The notes beneath the pieces were generated by a model. It ran no database searches, was not told the DNA's origin, and saw only the letters and a list, made by a program, of their open reading frames with translations. A stretch of 64,000 nt of DNA from Candidatus Spongiisociaceae bacterium (GTDB lineage: Bacteria; Actinomycetota; Acidimicrobiia; Spongiisociales; Spongiisociaceae), in assembly GCA_965219685.1 (NCBI GenBank), contig CBDCOH010000002.1:2656001-2720000 (forward strand), given 5' to 3'. Shown one piece after another: positions 1 to 10,033 of this stretch. The position numbers and the translations under genes are program-made. Numbering within the stretch: position 1 is the stretch's first letter; each line of letters starts with the position of its first letter.

Positions 1-270
1 GTTTGGGACCCCCGGGTGGTCAAGCCGCTGGATCCGGTCATGATCAGCGACGCGATCAGTCACCGTCTAGTGGTCACGGTCGAGGACGGGCTCCGCGAGG
101 GGGGTATCGGCCAGGCGATCCGCGACCAGATATCCGCCTCGGCGCCCACACCCGTGGTGGTGCTCGGGATACCCACCGTCCACATCCCCCACGGAAGAGT
201 GGACCAAATCCTGTCCGACTACGGTCTCGACGCCTCCGGGATCGTGGCCAACGCAAAAAAACTCCTCTAA
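1..270 (+). CDS. dxs: 1-deoxy-D-xylulose-5-phosphate synthase, C-terminal fragment (truncated by window edge)
   Basis: Frame reads VWDPRVVKPLD...VVTVEDG...GGIG...LGIP...HG...GLD, typical transketolase C-terminal domain of DXS. Confidence 0.8.
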   Translation, partial: VWDPRVVKPLDPVMISDAISHRLVVTVEDGLREGGIGQAIRDQISASAPTPVVVLGIPTVHIPHGRVDQILSDYGLDASGIVANAKKLL

Positions 271-419
271 GCTGGCCGAATTACGTCACTCGTTCCGAAC
301 CCGGTGCTCTATAGTCTGACAGTGGAGAAGAGTTCACGTCTCCGTACGACTTCCCAAGCACGATTGTCTCGCTGGTAGAGACGGGACGGACAGCCGAACG
401 AAGGAAAGGTTCTCAAACA

Positions 420-1574
420 ATGGTTAAACGACTCGCACCGCTGATCTGCGTGTTGGCTTTGGTTGTCACTGCCTGCGGCACAGACGACGAAACCACAACC
501 GAGACGCAGCCAGCCACGACAGCTGCCGCCGAGGTCACAACGACTGCCGCCGCTGAGCCGACTACCACCGTGTCTGTCGACTTTGCCCAGGACGATGGCA
601 CCCTCGCCGCAGTCCAAGCACGTGGCTCCTTGCGCTGTGGAGTCTCGACCAGCGCCATTGGCTTTGCCGAACCTCAGGACGATGGTTCATTCAAGGGATT
701 CGACGCCGACTACTGCCGCGCTCTGGCTGCAGCGGTTCTCGGTGATGCCAACGCTGTCGAGTTTGTCGGCACCACCGCTGCCGAGCGCTTCAACGTGTTG
801 GCCTCCGGCGAGATCGACGTGTTGTTCCGCAACACCACCTGGACACAGAGCCGGGACACCGAGATCGGTGGCGACTTCGGACCCACCACGTTCTACGACG
901 GCCAGCAGATCATGGGGAAGGCCGACTTCGGCTTCGACGATGCTTCGACGCTCGAAGATGTGGACGGGGCCAGGCTCTGTACCAACGCCGGAACCACCAC
1001 TGAGAAGAACATCACCGAGGGTGCCCGAGTGGTCGGCGCCGAGATCGAGCTCGTGACCGTCGAGAACTTCCCTGAGGCGATGGAGTTGTTCCGGGAAGGC
1101 TCTTGTGACCTGGTGACCACCGACGGATCGGCCCTGTTCGGCCATCGCTACTCAGCTATCCAGAACGGTGAGATCGCGGAGGGAGACTGGATCATCTTCC
1201 CGACCACGCCGATCTCCAAGGAGCCCCTCGGACCGATGTACCGCCAGAACGACAGTCAATGGGCCGACGTCGTCAACTGGTTGGTGTACATCTTGATAAT
1301 CGCCGACGAGAAGGGCATCACGTCCGCGAACATCGAGGATATGGTTGCCAACCCGCCCGACCCTGAGGCTGGCCGGTTCCTCGGAGTGGGCGAGGACGAA
1401 TTGCAGACCAAGATGGGCCTCTCGGCCGACGCGTATGCCCAGGCAATCCGCCAGGTCGGGAACTACGACGAGATCTACGTCAACAACCTGCGCCCGCTCG
1501 GCTTCACCAGGGCGGGGTCCGCCAACGCCCGGTGGACCGAAGGTGGTCTGGTCTACGCGCCTCCGGCTCGCTGA
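420..1574 (+). CDS. aapJ: General L-amino acid ABC transporter substrate-binding lipoprotein (AapJ/BztA)
   Basis: Lipobox VTAC, Thr/Ala-rich linker, GFDADYCRALAAAV, RNTTWT, ISKEPLGP, GNYDEIY, GGLVYAPP motifs. Confidence 0.92.
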   Translation: MVKRLAPLICVLALVVTACGTDDETTTETQPATTAAAEVTTTAAAEPTTTVSVDFAQDDGTLAAVQARGSLRCGVSTSAIGFAEPQDDGSFKGFDADYCRALAAAVLGDANAVEFVGTTAAERFNVLASGEIDVLFRNTTWTQSRDTEIGGDFGPTTFYDGQQIMGKADFGFDDASTLEDVDGARLCTNAGTTTEKNITEGARVVGAEIELVTVENFPEAMELFREGSCDLVTTDGSALFGHRYSAIQNGEIAEGDWIIFPTTPISKEPLGPMYRQNDSQWADVVNWLVYILIIADEKGITSANIEDMVANPPDPEAGRFLGVGEDELQTKMGLSADAYAQAIRQVGNYDEIYVNNLRPLGFTRAGSANARWTEGGLVYAPPAR

Positions 1575-1603
1575 TCGCGCAACGAACACATGAACCCGAA
1601 TTA

Positions 1604-1634
1604 TGGAGGGGGGCACCGTACGGTGCCCCCCTCC
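1604..1634. terminator. Perfect palindromic hairpin between aapJ and aapQ (terminator or mRNA-stabilising stem)
   Basis: TGGAGGGGGGCACCG-TA-CGGTGCCCCCCTCCA; no U-tract. Confidence 0.65.
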
Positions 1635-1683
1635 ACGCGTAACTTATTGGTATGGTCTAGGTACCAGCTAAGCGGACGGTCAA

Positions 1684-3237
1684 TTGGCTAAGACCACCGA
1701 GAAGTCGCCTCACCCCCGGGTACCCATATGGCGGAACGTGGTGGTCATCAAGTGGGCCACCCAGCTCGGTGTTCTCTTCGGTCTCATCTGGCTGGCCTTC
1801 ATCCTGATCACCCAGGCAACCGGAAACCTCCGGGCCACGGGTATCCCGTTCGCATGGGACTTCCTCGGTGAACCGCTGGGCGTCAAGCTCGGTGAGGGGT
1901 TCAACACCGACCCCGAGTCGGGCCTGGAGGCCTTGGCGGTGGGCATGGTCAACATGCTCCGGATCACATGGAGCGGCGTCATCGCCGCCACCATCCTCGG
2001 CACGCTGATCGGGATATCCAGGCTCTCCTCCAACTGGATCGTCTCCAGGATCGCCAACTCGTATATCGAGTTCTTCCGCAATATCCCCCTCCTGGTGCAG
2101 ATCCTGTTCTGGCAGGCCCTGATCATCGGACTCCTCCCCGATCTAACTCCCGAGATGGAGGGGAGCCGGTGGTTGTTCGCCAGCCCGAAGGGCATAGCCT
2201 TCCCCTGGTTCACGCCTCAAGCCGGCCGTTGGCAGTACACCGTGCTGGTGATCATCGGGATCGCGGCAGCACGTTGGGTCTACCGGCACCGGATCAAGCT
2301 CCAAGAAAGCGAAGGCCGCGAGAGCCACGCCTTCGCTTGGTCGATCGGTACATTCGGCGTATTCCTGGTCGGAGGCTGGTTCGCGCATCCGGTCGCCGGC
2401 GTGTTGGGATGGCTCCTCACCGCTCTGGCATGGCTCTGCGGGGCGGTACCGGTGATGGCATTCCAGTTAGGGTTGGCCGTACTGGCCATCTGGTTGGCGG
2501 TCCGCTACATCCTTCGATACCTGAGGCGGCTCCGCTCCCCTGCCGGGATGGCCAAGCTCTCCGACGATGACTTCTTCCGCTTGGCGGTGGCGGCCGTGCT
2601 CGGGATCGGTTTGATGCTGTTCTTCGTCTCCGGGGCCGGGCGAGCCACCCTCTCCGCGGTTCTCGGACGGACGCTGTGGTACCAGATGAACTGGGGATTC
2701 GAACCACTGTTCGACTTCCTGGCCTCGAGGTTCGATTTCTCCGGTGGAGCACCCCTGCGTTTCAGCCTTCCCGAGGTGGTGGTCCCCACGAGGTTCCCCC
2801 AATACTCCGGCGAGGTCGGCAAGGCACTCACGCCGGGCTTCGTGGCCGTCTGGATGGGGGTCACGCTCTACACCGCGGCCTTCATCGGCGAGATCGTGCG
2901 GGCCGGCATCATGGCCGTGGCGCGCGGTCAGGGCGAGGCCGCCGCGGCGGTCGGTCTGCGCCGGGGACAGGTGCTGCGGTTGGTCGTACTTCCCCAGGCG
3001 TTCCGGATAATCCTCCCTCCGCTCGGTTCCCAGTACCTGAACCTGGCCAAGAACACCTCCCTCGGCATCGCCGTGGCCTACGCCGACATCGTCCAAGTCG
3101 GGCAGACCATCTTCAACCAGGAAGGCCAGGCGCTGGCGGTGTTCATATTCTGGATGGGCTTCTACTCGATCGTAAGCCTGATCCTGTCGGGAATCGTCAA
3201 CTACTACAACCGCAAGCTGGCGTTGGTGGAGCGTTGA
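1684..3237 (+). CDS. aapQ: Amino acid ABC transporter permease (AapQ/BztB)
   Basis: YIEFFRNIPLLVQ, EIVRAGI..V..GQ.EAA.A.GL EAA loop, YLNLAKNTSL; operon context. Confidence 0.9.
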   Translation: MAKTTEKSPHPRVPIWRNVVVIKWATQLGVLFGLIWLAFILITQATGNLRATGIPFAWDFLGEPLGVKLGEGFNTDPESGLEALAVGMVNMLRITWSGVIAATILGTLIGISRLSSNWIVSRIANSYIEFFRNIPLLVQILFWQALIIGLLPDLTPEMEGSRWLFASPKGIAFPWFTPQAGRWQYTVLVIIGIAAARWVYRHRIKLQESEGRESHAFAWSIGTFGVFLVGGWFAHPVAGVLGWLLTALAWLCGAVPVMAFQLGLAVLAIWLAVRYILRYLRRLRSPAGMAKLSDDDFFRLAVAAVLGIGLMLFFVSGAGRATLSAVLGRTLWYQMNWGFEPLFDFLASRFDFSGGAPLRFSLPEVVVPTRFPQYSGEVGKALTPGFVAVWMGVTLYTAAFIGEIVRAGIMAVARGQGEAAAAVGLRRGQVLRLVVLPQAFRIILPPLGSQYLNLAKNTSLGIAVAYADIVQVGQTIFNQEGQALAVFIFWMGFYSIVSLILSGIVNYYNRKLALVER

Positions 3238-3238
3238 G

Positions 3239-5725
3239 ATGACCACACCAACGCCCACTCTCGGCGCCAACGGCATGATTGAGCGAGCTCCCGAACCTCC
3301 GCCCGCCGGACCCTGGCGGTGGATGCGGGAGAACCTGTTCTCCGGCCACACCTGGGGCCAGATCACATTCAACACCTTCCTCACGCTGGTCTTCGCCCTG
3401 GTCCTCGTGAACATCCTACGGTTCATAACCACCTACCTCTTCGCTCCGGAACGCAAGTGGGCCGCGGTCACCCACAACGCGAAGCTCCTGATGGTCCAAG
3501 CGTTCCCGCAGGACGACCTGATCCGGATCTGGACGTCCCTGGGTATCTTCATGGTGCTGGTGGTCTGGTCCCTGGCGTCCTGGAAGGTAGGCGGCCGACT
3601 CGATCTCTCCACCTTCGCCGGAGGTCTGCGGACCACGGCTGTCCTGATGGCGGTGACAGCGATAATGCACCACGCGGCCGAGACACGCACGTTCGGCATT
3701 CCTATCCTGCAGTTCGACTCTCCCGCCGGCTGGAGTACCGTCCGTACCTGGATACTCGTCGCCGCGGTCTTGACGGCCGTCCTGGCCCACATCACTATCC
3801 GTTGGAGCCGCGCCGCCGACCCATCACCGACCATCCCGGTTCTGACCGTGCCGGTGATGATCATGGCGGTGGTGACCGCGTTCCTCTGGACCGTGAAGCT
3901 CCCCGTTCCGTTGGGCCAGTTCGACCAGACCACCGCACCGATAGCCGCCACCACCGCCGGTCCGTGGACGGTCCTGTTCGCATTGGCAGTAGTCGCCTAC
4001 CCGCTCGGCCTTCTGATCGAACGCATCTGGCCCCGCGCCTTCCGGCGGTTCCTGATCTCGGCCTGGGTCCTTTCCTACCCGGTGATCATCTTCGTCATCC
4101 AGCGCAACCCGGTCCTCGACTGGTCCGACATGATCATGCTGCTGGCAGTGGTACTGGGTGCCGGCGCGCTCCGGGTGCTGGTACTTCTCCCCAGAGGGCC
4201 GACCGCTACAGCGGTTGTGGTGGCGATCGGGCTGGTGACGGCCGCCGTACCATTCACCTCCGGGGAGGAACCGCTCTGGGCCACTGCGGGGATGGCGCTG
4301 ATCGGGTTGGCAATACTGATCGCCGCCCTGACGGTGGAAGAGCCGGTGAGAATGGTCCGGGCATCGGCGGCGGGCCTGATGCTGGCCTGCCTCTTGATCT
4401 GGTTCATCCCGATGCCGTTCCTCTACCGCATCCTGTTCATGGCCTTCACCCTGTTCCTGCTGGTAACACCCAGATCCGGAGTGACGCAGAGGGGAAGGAC
4501 AAACCTGGTCCGGGCCTGGATAGCAGCTGCGGTGCTGATAGTGGTGGCCTTCCGGCTGAGCGCCACCTTCCTCGACGACGCGAGCCTGACCGTCTTCCTA
4601 CGGTCCGATGTCGTGTCCATCCTTGTGGCAGTACTGCTGGGCGGCGGCGCGCTCCGGGTTCTGAGCCTTCTCCCCAAAGGGCCGACCGCTACAGCGGTTG
4701 TGGTGGCGATCGGGCTGGTGACGGCCGCCGTGCCATTCACCTCCGGGGAGGAACCGCTCTGGGCCACTGCGGGGATGGCGCTGATCGGGTTGGCAATACT
4801 GATCGCCGCCCTGACGGTGGAAGAGCCGGTGGAAATGGTCCGGGCATCGGCGGCGGGCCTGATGCTGGCCTGCCTCTTGATCTGGTTCATCCCGATGCCG
4901 TTCCTCTACCGCATCCTGTTCATGGCCTTCACCCTGTTCCTGCTGGTAACACCCACTTTCGGAGGAACGCAGAGGGGAAGGACAAACCTGGTCCGGGCCT
5001 GGATAGCAGCTGCGGTGCTGATAGTGGTGGCCTTCCGGCTGGGCGCGGCCAACACGTCCCTCGAGTTCCAAGGCACCACCTTCCTGGGGGGGTTCAATCT
5101 GACTATCCTCCTAGCCGTCAGCGGGATCGCCCTGTCCCTCCCCATCGGTCTGATCCTCGCCCTGGCCCGGACGTCGTCCATGCCCATCTTCCGCCTACTG
5201 GCCACCGGCTACATCGAGTTGGTACGCAGCGTTCCGATGATCACATGGCTGTTCTTCGGGTCTGCGATGCTCACCGCCTTCCTCCCCGCCGGAGTCGAGT
5301 TCGACGAAATCGTCCGGATAGTCGCAGCCATCACCATCTTCAACTCGGCGTACGTAGCGGAGAACATCCGGGGGGGACTGCAGGCCATCGACAGGGGCCA
5401 GTACGAGGCGGCTAGGGCTGCGGGCCTCAGCATCGTCCAGTCCACCTCGCTGGTGATCCTGCCCCAGGCGGTGCGGACGGTGATCCCGGCGCTGGTCGGG
5501 TCGGTGATCGTCGCCTTCAAGGACACGTCGCTTGTGGCCATCATCGGGCTGGCAGACATCCTGCTGATCGCCCGTAGCTTCATTCCCCAGCAGAGCGACC
5601 CCAACTTCCAGGGCACCCTGCCCCAGATGATGTTCTTCATGGCGCTGTTCTATTGGCTCATCACCTTCACCATCTCACGACTGAGCCTGCGATACGAGCA
5701 CAGCCTCGGTCTCGGCGAACGATGA
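3239..5725 (+). CDS. aapM: Amino acid ABC transporter permease (AapM/BztC) with internal duplication
   Basis: [42 protein letters not shown]; 828 aa is unusually long. Confidence 0.88.
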   Translation: MTTPTPTLGANGMIERAPEPPPAGPWRWMRENLFSGHTWGQITFNTFLTLVFALVLVNILRFITTYLFAPERKWAAVTHNAKLLMVQAFPQDDLIRIWTSLGIFMVLVVWSLASWKVGGRLDLSTFAGGLRTTAVLMAVTAIMHHAAETRTFGIPILQFDSPAGWSTVRTWILVAAVLTAVLAHITIRWSRAADPSPTIPVLTVPVMIMAVVTAFLWTVKLPVPLGQFDQTTAPIAATTAGPWTVLFALAVVAYPLGLLIERIWPRAFRRFLISAWVLSYPVIIFVIQRNPVLDWSDMIMLLAVVLGAGALRVLVLLPRGPTATAVVVAIGLVTAAVPFTSGEEPLWATAGMALIGLAILIAALTVEEPVRMVRASAAGLMLACLLIWFIPMPFLYRILFMAFTLFLLVTPRSGVTQRGRTNLVRAWIAAAVLIVVAFRLSATFLDDASLTVFLRSDVVSILVAVLLGGGALRVLSLLPKGPTATAVVVAIGLVTAAVPFTSGEEPLWATAGMALIGLAILIAALTVEEPVEMVRASAAGLMLACLLIWFIPMPFLYRILFMAFTLFLLVTPTFGGTQRGRTNLVRAWIAAAVLIVVAFRLGAANTSLEFQGTTFLGGFNLTILLAVSGIALSLPIGLILALARTSSMPIFRLLATGYIELVRSVPMITWLFFGSAMLTAFLPAGVEFDEIVRIVAAITIFNSAYVAENIRGGLQAIDRGQYEAARAAGLSIVQSTSLVILPQAVRTVIPALVGSVIVAFKDTSLVAIIGLADILLIARSFIPQQSDPNFQGTLPQMMFFMALFYWLITFTISRLSLRYEHSLGLGER
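4163..5041 (+). repeat. Near-identical in-frame direct repeat inside aapM (about 4163-4558 vs 4646-5041, offset 483 nt = 161 codons)
   Basis: GACCGCTACAGCGGTTGTGG at 4201 recurs at 4684; protein repeat [12 protein letters not shown]...VVAFRL. Confidence 0.95.
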
Positions 5726-5750
5726 CGATCGAACCATCGAGGAGGACGAC

Positions 5751-6506
5751 ATGACCGGCAACGGACGCACCAAGGGAACACCAGCGATCCTTTGCGAGGA
5801 CGTGAAGAAATGGTTCGGCGACTTCCAGGCGCTGACCGGTGTGACCACCTCGGTGGGCTGGGGCGAGGTGGTGGTGGTCATCGGACCTTCGGGATCGGGC
5901 AAGTCGACTTTCATCCGTTGCATAAACCGCCTCGAGACCCACCAGAAGGGCCGGATCGTGGTCGACGGGATGGAACTCACCAACGATCTCCGCAACATCG
6001 ACGCAATACGCCGGGAAGTCGGTATGGTCTTCCAACAGTTCAACCTGTTCCCCCACCTCACGGTGATGCAGAACATCACCCTGGCGCCGATCTGGGTTCG
6101 CAACCGGACCCGGTCGGATTCGGAGGCAGCCGCCATGAAGTTGCTCGAGCGGGTGGGCATACCCGAACAGGCCGACAAGTACCCGGGGCAGTTGTCCGGA
6201 GGCCAGCAGCAGCGCGTGGCCATCGCCCGTGCCCTAGCTATGAACCCCAAGATCATGCTCTTCGACGAGCCCACCTCCGCTCTCGACCCGGAGATGATCA
6301 AGGAAGTCCTCGACGTCATGAAGGAGTTGGCCGGTGACGGTATGACCATGATCGTGGTCAGCCACGAAATGGGGTTCGCCCGGGAGGTCGCCGACCGGGT
6401 GCTGTTCTTCGACTACGGAACGGTGGTCGAGGAGGGAACGCCGGAGCACTTCTTCACCAATCCCCAGCACGACCGCACCAAGCTGTTCCTCAGCCAGATC
6501 CTCTGA
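5751..6506 (+). CDS. aapP: Amino acid ABC transporter ATP-binding protein (AapP/GlnQ)
   Basis: Walker [38 protein letters not shown]. Confidence 0.93.
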   Translation: MTGNGRTKGTPAILCEDVKKWFGDFQALTGVTTSVGWGEVVVVIGPSGSGKSTFIRCINRLETHQKGRIVVDGMELTNDLRNIDAIRREVGMVFQQFNLFPHLTVMQNITLAPIWVRNRTRSDSEAAAMKLLERVGIPEQADKYPGQLSGGQQQRVAIARALAMNPKIMLFDEPTSALDPEMIKEVLDVMKELAGDGMTMIVVSHEMGFAREVADRVLFFDYGTVVEEGTPEHFFTNPQHDRTKLFLSQIL

Positions 6507-6508
6507 GT

Positions 6509-6543
6509 TGGTGACTGGTGACTGGTGACTGGTGACTGGTGAA
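6509..6543 (+). repeat. Heptamer tandem array (TGGTGAC)x4 + TGGTGAA after aapP stop
   Basis: Read directly from sequence. Confidence 0.95.
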
Positions 6544-6557
6544 TCATGAACACGGAG

Positions 6558-6590
6558 CGGGGCCGGGCTGATGCCCGGCCCCGTTTTTCT
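6558..6590. terminator. Intrinsic terminator between convergent aapP and SPFH genes
   Basis: CGGGGCCGGGC-TGAT-GCCCGGCCCCG followed by TTTTTCT. Confidence 0.8.
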
Positions 6591-6608
6591 CGCTGATAGG
6601 GAGGAGGT

Positions 6609-7547
6609 TCAGCTTGCTGCTCGGTCGGCGGCAGAACTGACACCGTCCTTGAACATCTCGCCCATGGCGGCGACCGCACCAAGCACCCCCGAAGTGTCTA
6701 GTGGCAGGAATATCTTGGTGGCCTGACCGTTTGCTATGCCCTCCAGAGCCTCGAGATACCGGATGGCGATGAGGTCCTCGGTGGGATCCCCGTTGTGGAT
6801 CGCCAGGAACACCCGCTCGATGGCCTGGCCCTCACCCTCGGCGACCGTCAGTTTCTGGTACTTGTCGGCGTCGGCAACCCGCTTGATGGCCTCCGCCTCA
6901 CCTTCGGCCCGAAGGATGGCGGCCTGCTTCACTCCCTCCGCCTGGAGGATGGCGGATCTCTTGTCGCCCTCAGCCTCGGTGACCACGGCCCGGCGGCCCC
7001 GTTCCGCCTTCATCTGGCGATGCATGGCGTCGGTGACGTCGGGCGGCGGCTCGATCCGCTGGATCTCCACGCGTACGACCCGTGTACCCCACTTATCGGT
7101 GGCATCGTCGAGTATCTGGCGTAGCTTGCTGTTGATGATCTCTCGGGACACCAACGCCTCGTCCAGTTGCAGATCGCCCACCACGTTCCTGAGGTTGGTC
7201 TGAGCCAGCTTGGTAACCGCCAGTATGAAGTTGCCCACCGCGTACTTGAGTTTCACTGGATCGGTCGGCTCGTAGTAGATCACGGCGTCGACCGTGACCG
7301 CCACGTTGTCCTTGGTGATCACCTCCTGCGGCGGCACGTCCACGACCTGCTCACGCATGTCCACCTTCAGCAACCTCTGCACGAAGGGCATAATGAACCG
7401 TAGACCGGGCGATATGGTTCTCTGGTACTTGCCCAGGAACTCGACCAAACCCTTCTCGTAGGGCCGGACGATCCGGAAACCGCTCGCTGCGATGAGCAGC
7501 ACGGCTATCGCCACGACTCCCAGCAAGATTACTGCTGCAAACTCCAT
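6609..7547 (-). CDS. SPFH/band 7 (stomatin/QmcA-like) membrane protein
   Basis: N-terminal [41 protein letters not shown]...AEG. Confidence 0.92.
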   Translation of the reverse strand: MEFAAVILLGVVAIAVLLIAASGFRIVRPYEKGLVEFLGKYQRTISPGLRFIMPFVQRLLKVDMREQVVDVPPQEVITKDNVAVTVDAVIYYEPTDPVKLKYAVGNFILAVTKLAQTNLRNVVGDLQLDEALVSREIINSKLRQILDDATDKWGTRVVRVEIQRIEPPPDVTDAMHRQMKAERGRRAVVTEAEGDKRSAILQAEGVKQAAILRAEGEAEAIKRVADADKYQKLTVAEGEGQAIERVFLAIHNGDPTEDLIAIRYLEALEGIANGQATKIFLPLDTSGVLGAVAAMGEMFKDGVSSAADRAAS

Positions 7548-7575
7548 CAGTCTCTTCCTTTCTCTTGATCTATCG

Positions 7576-8364
7576 TCATTCGACTTCCGTCACCAGCAAC
7601 CGGGTACCTCGGACTTCGACCACCTCGACCGTAGTCCCTTCGGGGATGGGACCACCGTCCGTGATCGCCCTCCACTCCTCGGCCTCGACCCTGATCAAAC
7701 CGCTGTTGGCCGCCATATCCACGCTCTCCAGGACAACCGCCCTCATCCCCACGTACCGGGACGGTCCGATCTTGAGACCATCCTCCTCATCCTGCGTCCT
7801 CATGAAGCGACGGACGAACAGCATCGCAACCGCGGTCCCGCCGAAGAAGGCGATCCACTGCACCGCGTCGTGCAAGCCGAACCAGGCCGCTATGGCGGCC
7901 AGACCGGCCCCGACCGCGAACGGGAGCAGGAAGAAACCGGCGGTCACGATCTCCCCGAGCCCCATGACCAGCGCTAAGCCGGTCCACACCCATCTCCAGA
8001 GCTCATTGTCCATGATCGACTCCTTTCTCCACGTAATGATGATGACCACTACCAGCGCGATAAGGACCACTGCCGACACCCATCGCAGCATTCGGGATGA
8101 CGACGTCAGATCGAGACGGTGCTCCACAGCCCTCCAACTCGGCACCTGCCCTCGGCGCCGGGGCAGGAGTTCCGACGCCCAGTCGGCCGCGAAGCCCGGT
8201 AGGTCATCGCCGACCACGGACCGGGGATCACGGCCGTCCGCAGCAGCCTCCGAGAGGTGCGACTCGAGTTCCTTGCTCATGCTGTCGACATCTCTTCGGG
8301 GAATCCCGGCCTCAAGCCAGTACCTGCGGCACTTTCTGACGAGTTCGTTGCCCGGATCCCTCAT
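7576..8364 (-). CDS. NfeD-family protein with in-frame N-terminal DUF1048/HAAS-like helical domain plus TM; NfeD part has its own start at 8013
   Basis: ATG 8364 overlaps the padR stop (ATGA); C-terminal OB fold G.IRV.AEEWRA...G..VEVVEV.G..LLV; internal AAGGAG-N6-ATG. Confidence 0.8.
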   Translation of the reverse strand: MRDPGNELVRKCRRYWLEAGIPRRDVDSMSKELESHLSEAAADGRDPRSVVGDDLPGFAADWASELLPRRRGQVPSWRAVEHRLDLTSSSRMLRWVSAVVLIALVVVIIITWRKESIMDNELWRWVWTGLALVMGLGEIVTAGFFLLPFAVGAGLAAIAAWFGLHDAVQWIAFFGGTAVAMLFVRRFMRTQDEEDGLKIGPSRYVGMRAVVLESVDMAANSGLIRVEAEEWRAITDGGPIPEGTTVEVVEVRGTRLLVTEVE

Positions 8365-8708
8365 CCCCTCCGTCCCTTCGATCCGTCCTCTCCCTGCAAC
8401 ACCATCTCCACTCCCGTAGCGACCCGAGTCCAATCCTCGCGCCATTTGGCCAGGTGTTCTTCCCCCTCATGGCGGATCCGGTAGTACTTCCGGACCGGCC
8501 CGGCTGGAGAGTGCTCGTAGAAGCCTTCGACCAGACGTTGATGCTGCATGCGGCTCAGCATCGGGTAGATGCTCCCCTCGCTCACGAGGTCGAGTCCCCT
8601 GGCCTCGAGCTTGCGGACCATCTCGTACCCGTAGCTCGGCTGCTCGGCGATGAGCGCCAGCAGGCACATGTCCAGGACTCCTTTCAAGAGTTGGGATCGA
8701 TGTTCCAT
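8361..8708 (-). CDS. PadR-family transcriptional regulator
   Basis: SQLLKGVLDMCLLALI...SYGYEM...SEGSIYPMLSRM...GPVRKYYRI; start may be 8708 or 8741. Confidence 0.92.
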   Translation of the reverse strand: MEHRSQLLKGVLDMCLLALIAEQPSYGYEMVRKLEARGLDLVSEGSIYPMLSRMQHQRLVEGFYEHSPAGPVRKYYRIRHEGEEHLAKWREDWTRVATGVEMVLQGEDGSKGRRG

Positions 8709-8743
8709 TCGGACGGTCTGCTCCCCCGGATACTTCGCCATCG

Positions 8744-8796
8744 AATCCTGGTTACCAAGGTTCCTTGATTAACAGGGTACCTTGTAACACAAGGTA
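8744..8796. promoter_or_regulatory. Three tandem palindromic boxes ACCTTG-N5-CAAGGT at 17-bp period, putative PadR operators
   Basis: TACCTTGTAACACAAGGTA (8778-8796, perfect), TTCCTTGATTAACAGGGTA (8761-8779), AATCCTGGTTACCAAGGTT (8744-8762). Confidence 0.6.
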
Positions 8797-8856
8797 GCAG
8801 TTTTCTCGGGACAACTGCAATCCTCCGGGCAGTCGGGAGCGGATAGACTGGGTTCC

Positions 8857-9042
8857 ATGTACGGACCCCTCAACGGCGTGCGGGTGGCGCTCGTAACCCT
8901 CGCGGTGCTCGCCGCCCTGATGGCTCTAGTCCTAGGCTACTGGACGGTCACGCTTATCCTGCTGATCGGCGTGGGACTCCACGGGTTCGGCTGGCTCTAC
9001 CTCGCCCAACAGGCCAGGACGGAATCGGACGAGCCCCTCTGA
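8857..9042 (+). CDS. Small two-TM membrane protein of unknown function
   Basis: 61 aa with two hydrophobic helices. Confidence 0.6.
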   Translation: MYGPLNGVRVALVTLAVLAALMALVLGYWTVTLILLIGVGLHGFGWLYLAQQARTESDEPL

Positions 9043-9256
9043 ACCTGCCGCGTACCCATCGCGCCAACACAAGGATCCGCGGACGATCCGATTCAACCTT
9101 CAGATTCGGACAGATACCGCGGGCCCGTTGACGATTCTGGAGTTTCGCCTCGTCAGAGCCACCACCATGTCTCCGACCTTGACTTGCCCAACCGTGTCCG
9201 TGAACCGCTCAAGAGAGAAGCGAGCGGCGTCTCTGTGGTCGATACCCGCTCAAAGA

Positions 9257-9667
9257 TCATGGCTGGACTCGGGGAAGGTCGCTATCGCTGGCTACCAGGT
9301 CGATATCGGGGATGATCTCCTGGGGCTTGAATACGACCCGGTAGTGGTGAGCCGATACATTCGCCGGGTTCAGTTGCTCGACAAAGTAGCTCACGTTGTC
9401 GCTCAGCCCTAGGAAGTGCTTGCGGTACTGGCCCGGTTCCACCTGACATGTGACCTCAAGCTGGTGACCCTCGTCTTCGATTGAGCACAGCCCGATGATC
9501 TCTAAGAGGTAGTTGTCGGTGATCCCGTTGAAGAACACCACCCTCCGGCTGATCTCGAATTGATCCGCAGCCTTGGACAGGTTCTCCGACACCACCGCGG
9601 CATCGGTCGAACACGCCGGAAGCCCTATGGCCAACATGGCCGCGAACGCGACGATTCCTCTCTTCAT
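9257..9667 (-). CDS. Phage-type lipoprotein resembling the mycobacteriophage L5 gp64 family
   Basis: RBS AAGGA, signal peptide with lipobox LPAC, then DA.VVSENLSKAADQFEI.RRVVFFNGITD.YLLEI.G.CSI...VTC...YRKHFLGLSDNVSYFVEQL; family assignment from recall. Confidence 0.7.
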   Translation of the reverse strand: MKRGIVAFAAMLAIGLPACSTDAAVVSENLSKAADQFEISRRVVFFNGITDNYLLEIIGLCSIEDEGHQLEVTCQVEPGQYRKHFLGLSDNVSYFVEQLNPANVSAHHYRVVFKPQEIIPDIDLVASDSDLPRVQP

Positions 9668-9938
9668 GTTTGGTTCCTTTCCTGTAACTCGCACCACGTC
9701 TCCCAGCCCGATATGACGGCATCGAAGCCGCCTCCCGCAGAGGTGAAGCGAACCGGGACTCCCTGGGGATCGACCAGCTTGCGCTCGCAGCGCCCGACCT
9801 TGGCCCATGCCTCCCAGCCGCCCGACTCCTGGGCCACCACGCGCCCGATGATCTGTTCGCTCTCTCGGTGGTTCGAAGGTAATAGTCGTCGTTGTCCGAG
9901 CCATCATAACCCCGGCCGACCGGACTTGTTCTTACCAA
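9664..9938 (-). pseudogene. Probable frameshifted small gene upstream of the lipoprotein
   Basis: GRGYDGSDNDDYYLRTTE shifts at a GAGAGAG run (about 9860-9866) into a frame SEQIIGRVVAQESGGWEAW...ERNQT* that ends ATGA-coupled to the lipoprotein start. Confidence 0.4.
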
Positions 9939-10033
9939 GTCTTACCAAGCTGTTCCACCCCGGAGGGTGGTGTAAGACCCCTTCACGGGCCGTTCGACCG
10001 TTGACCGTGCCTGGTTAGCCACCAGCCACCAGA

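Noticed and set aside
3319-5415. 698-aa alternate-frame ORF within aapM
   Set aside because: Arg/Gly/Pro-rich off-frame reading of a GC-rich membrane gene
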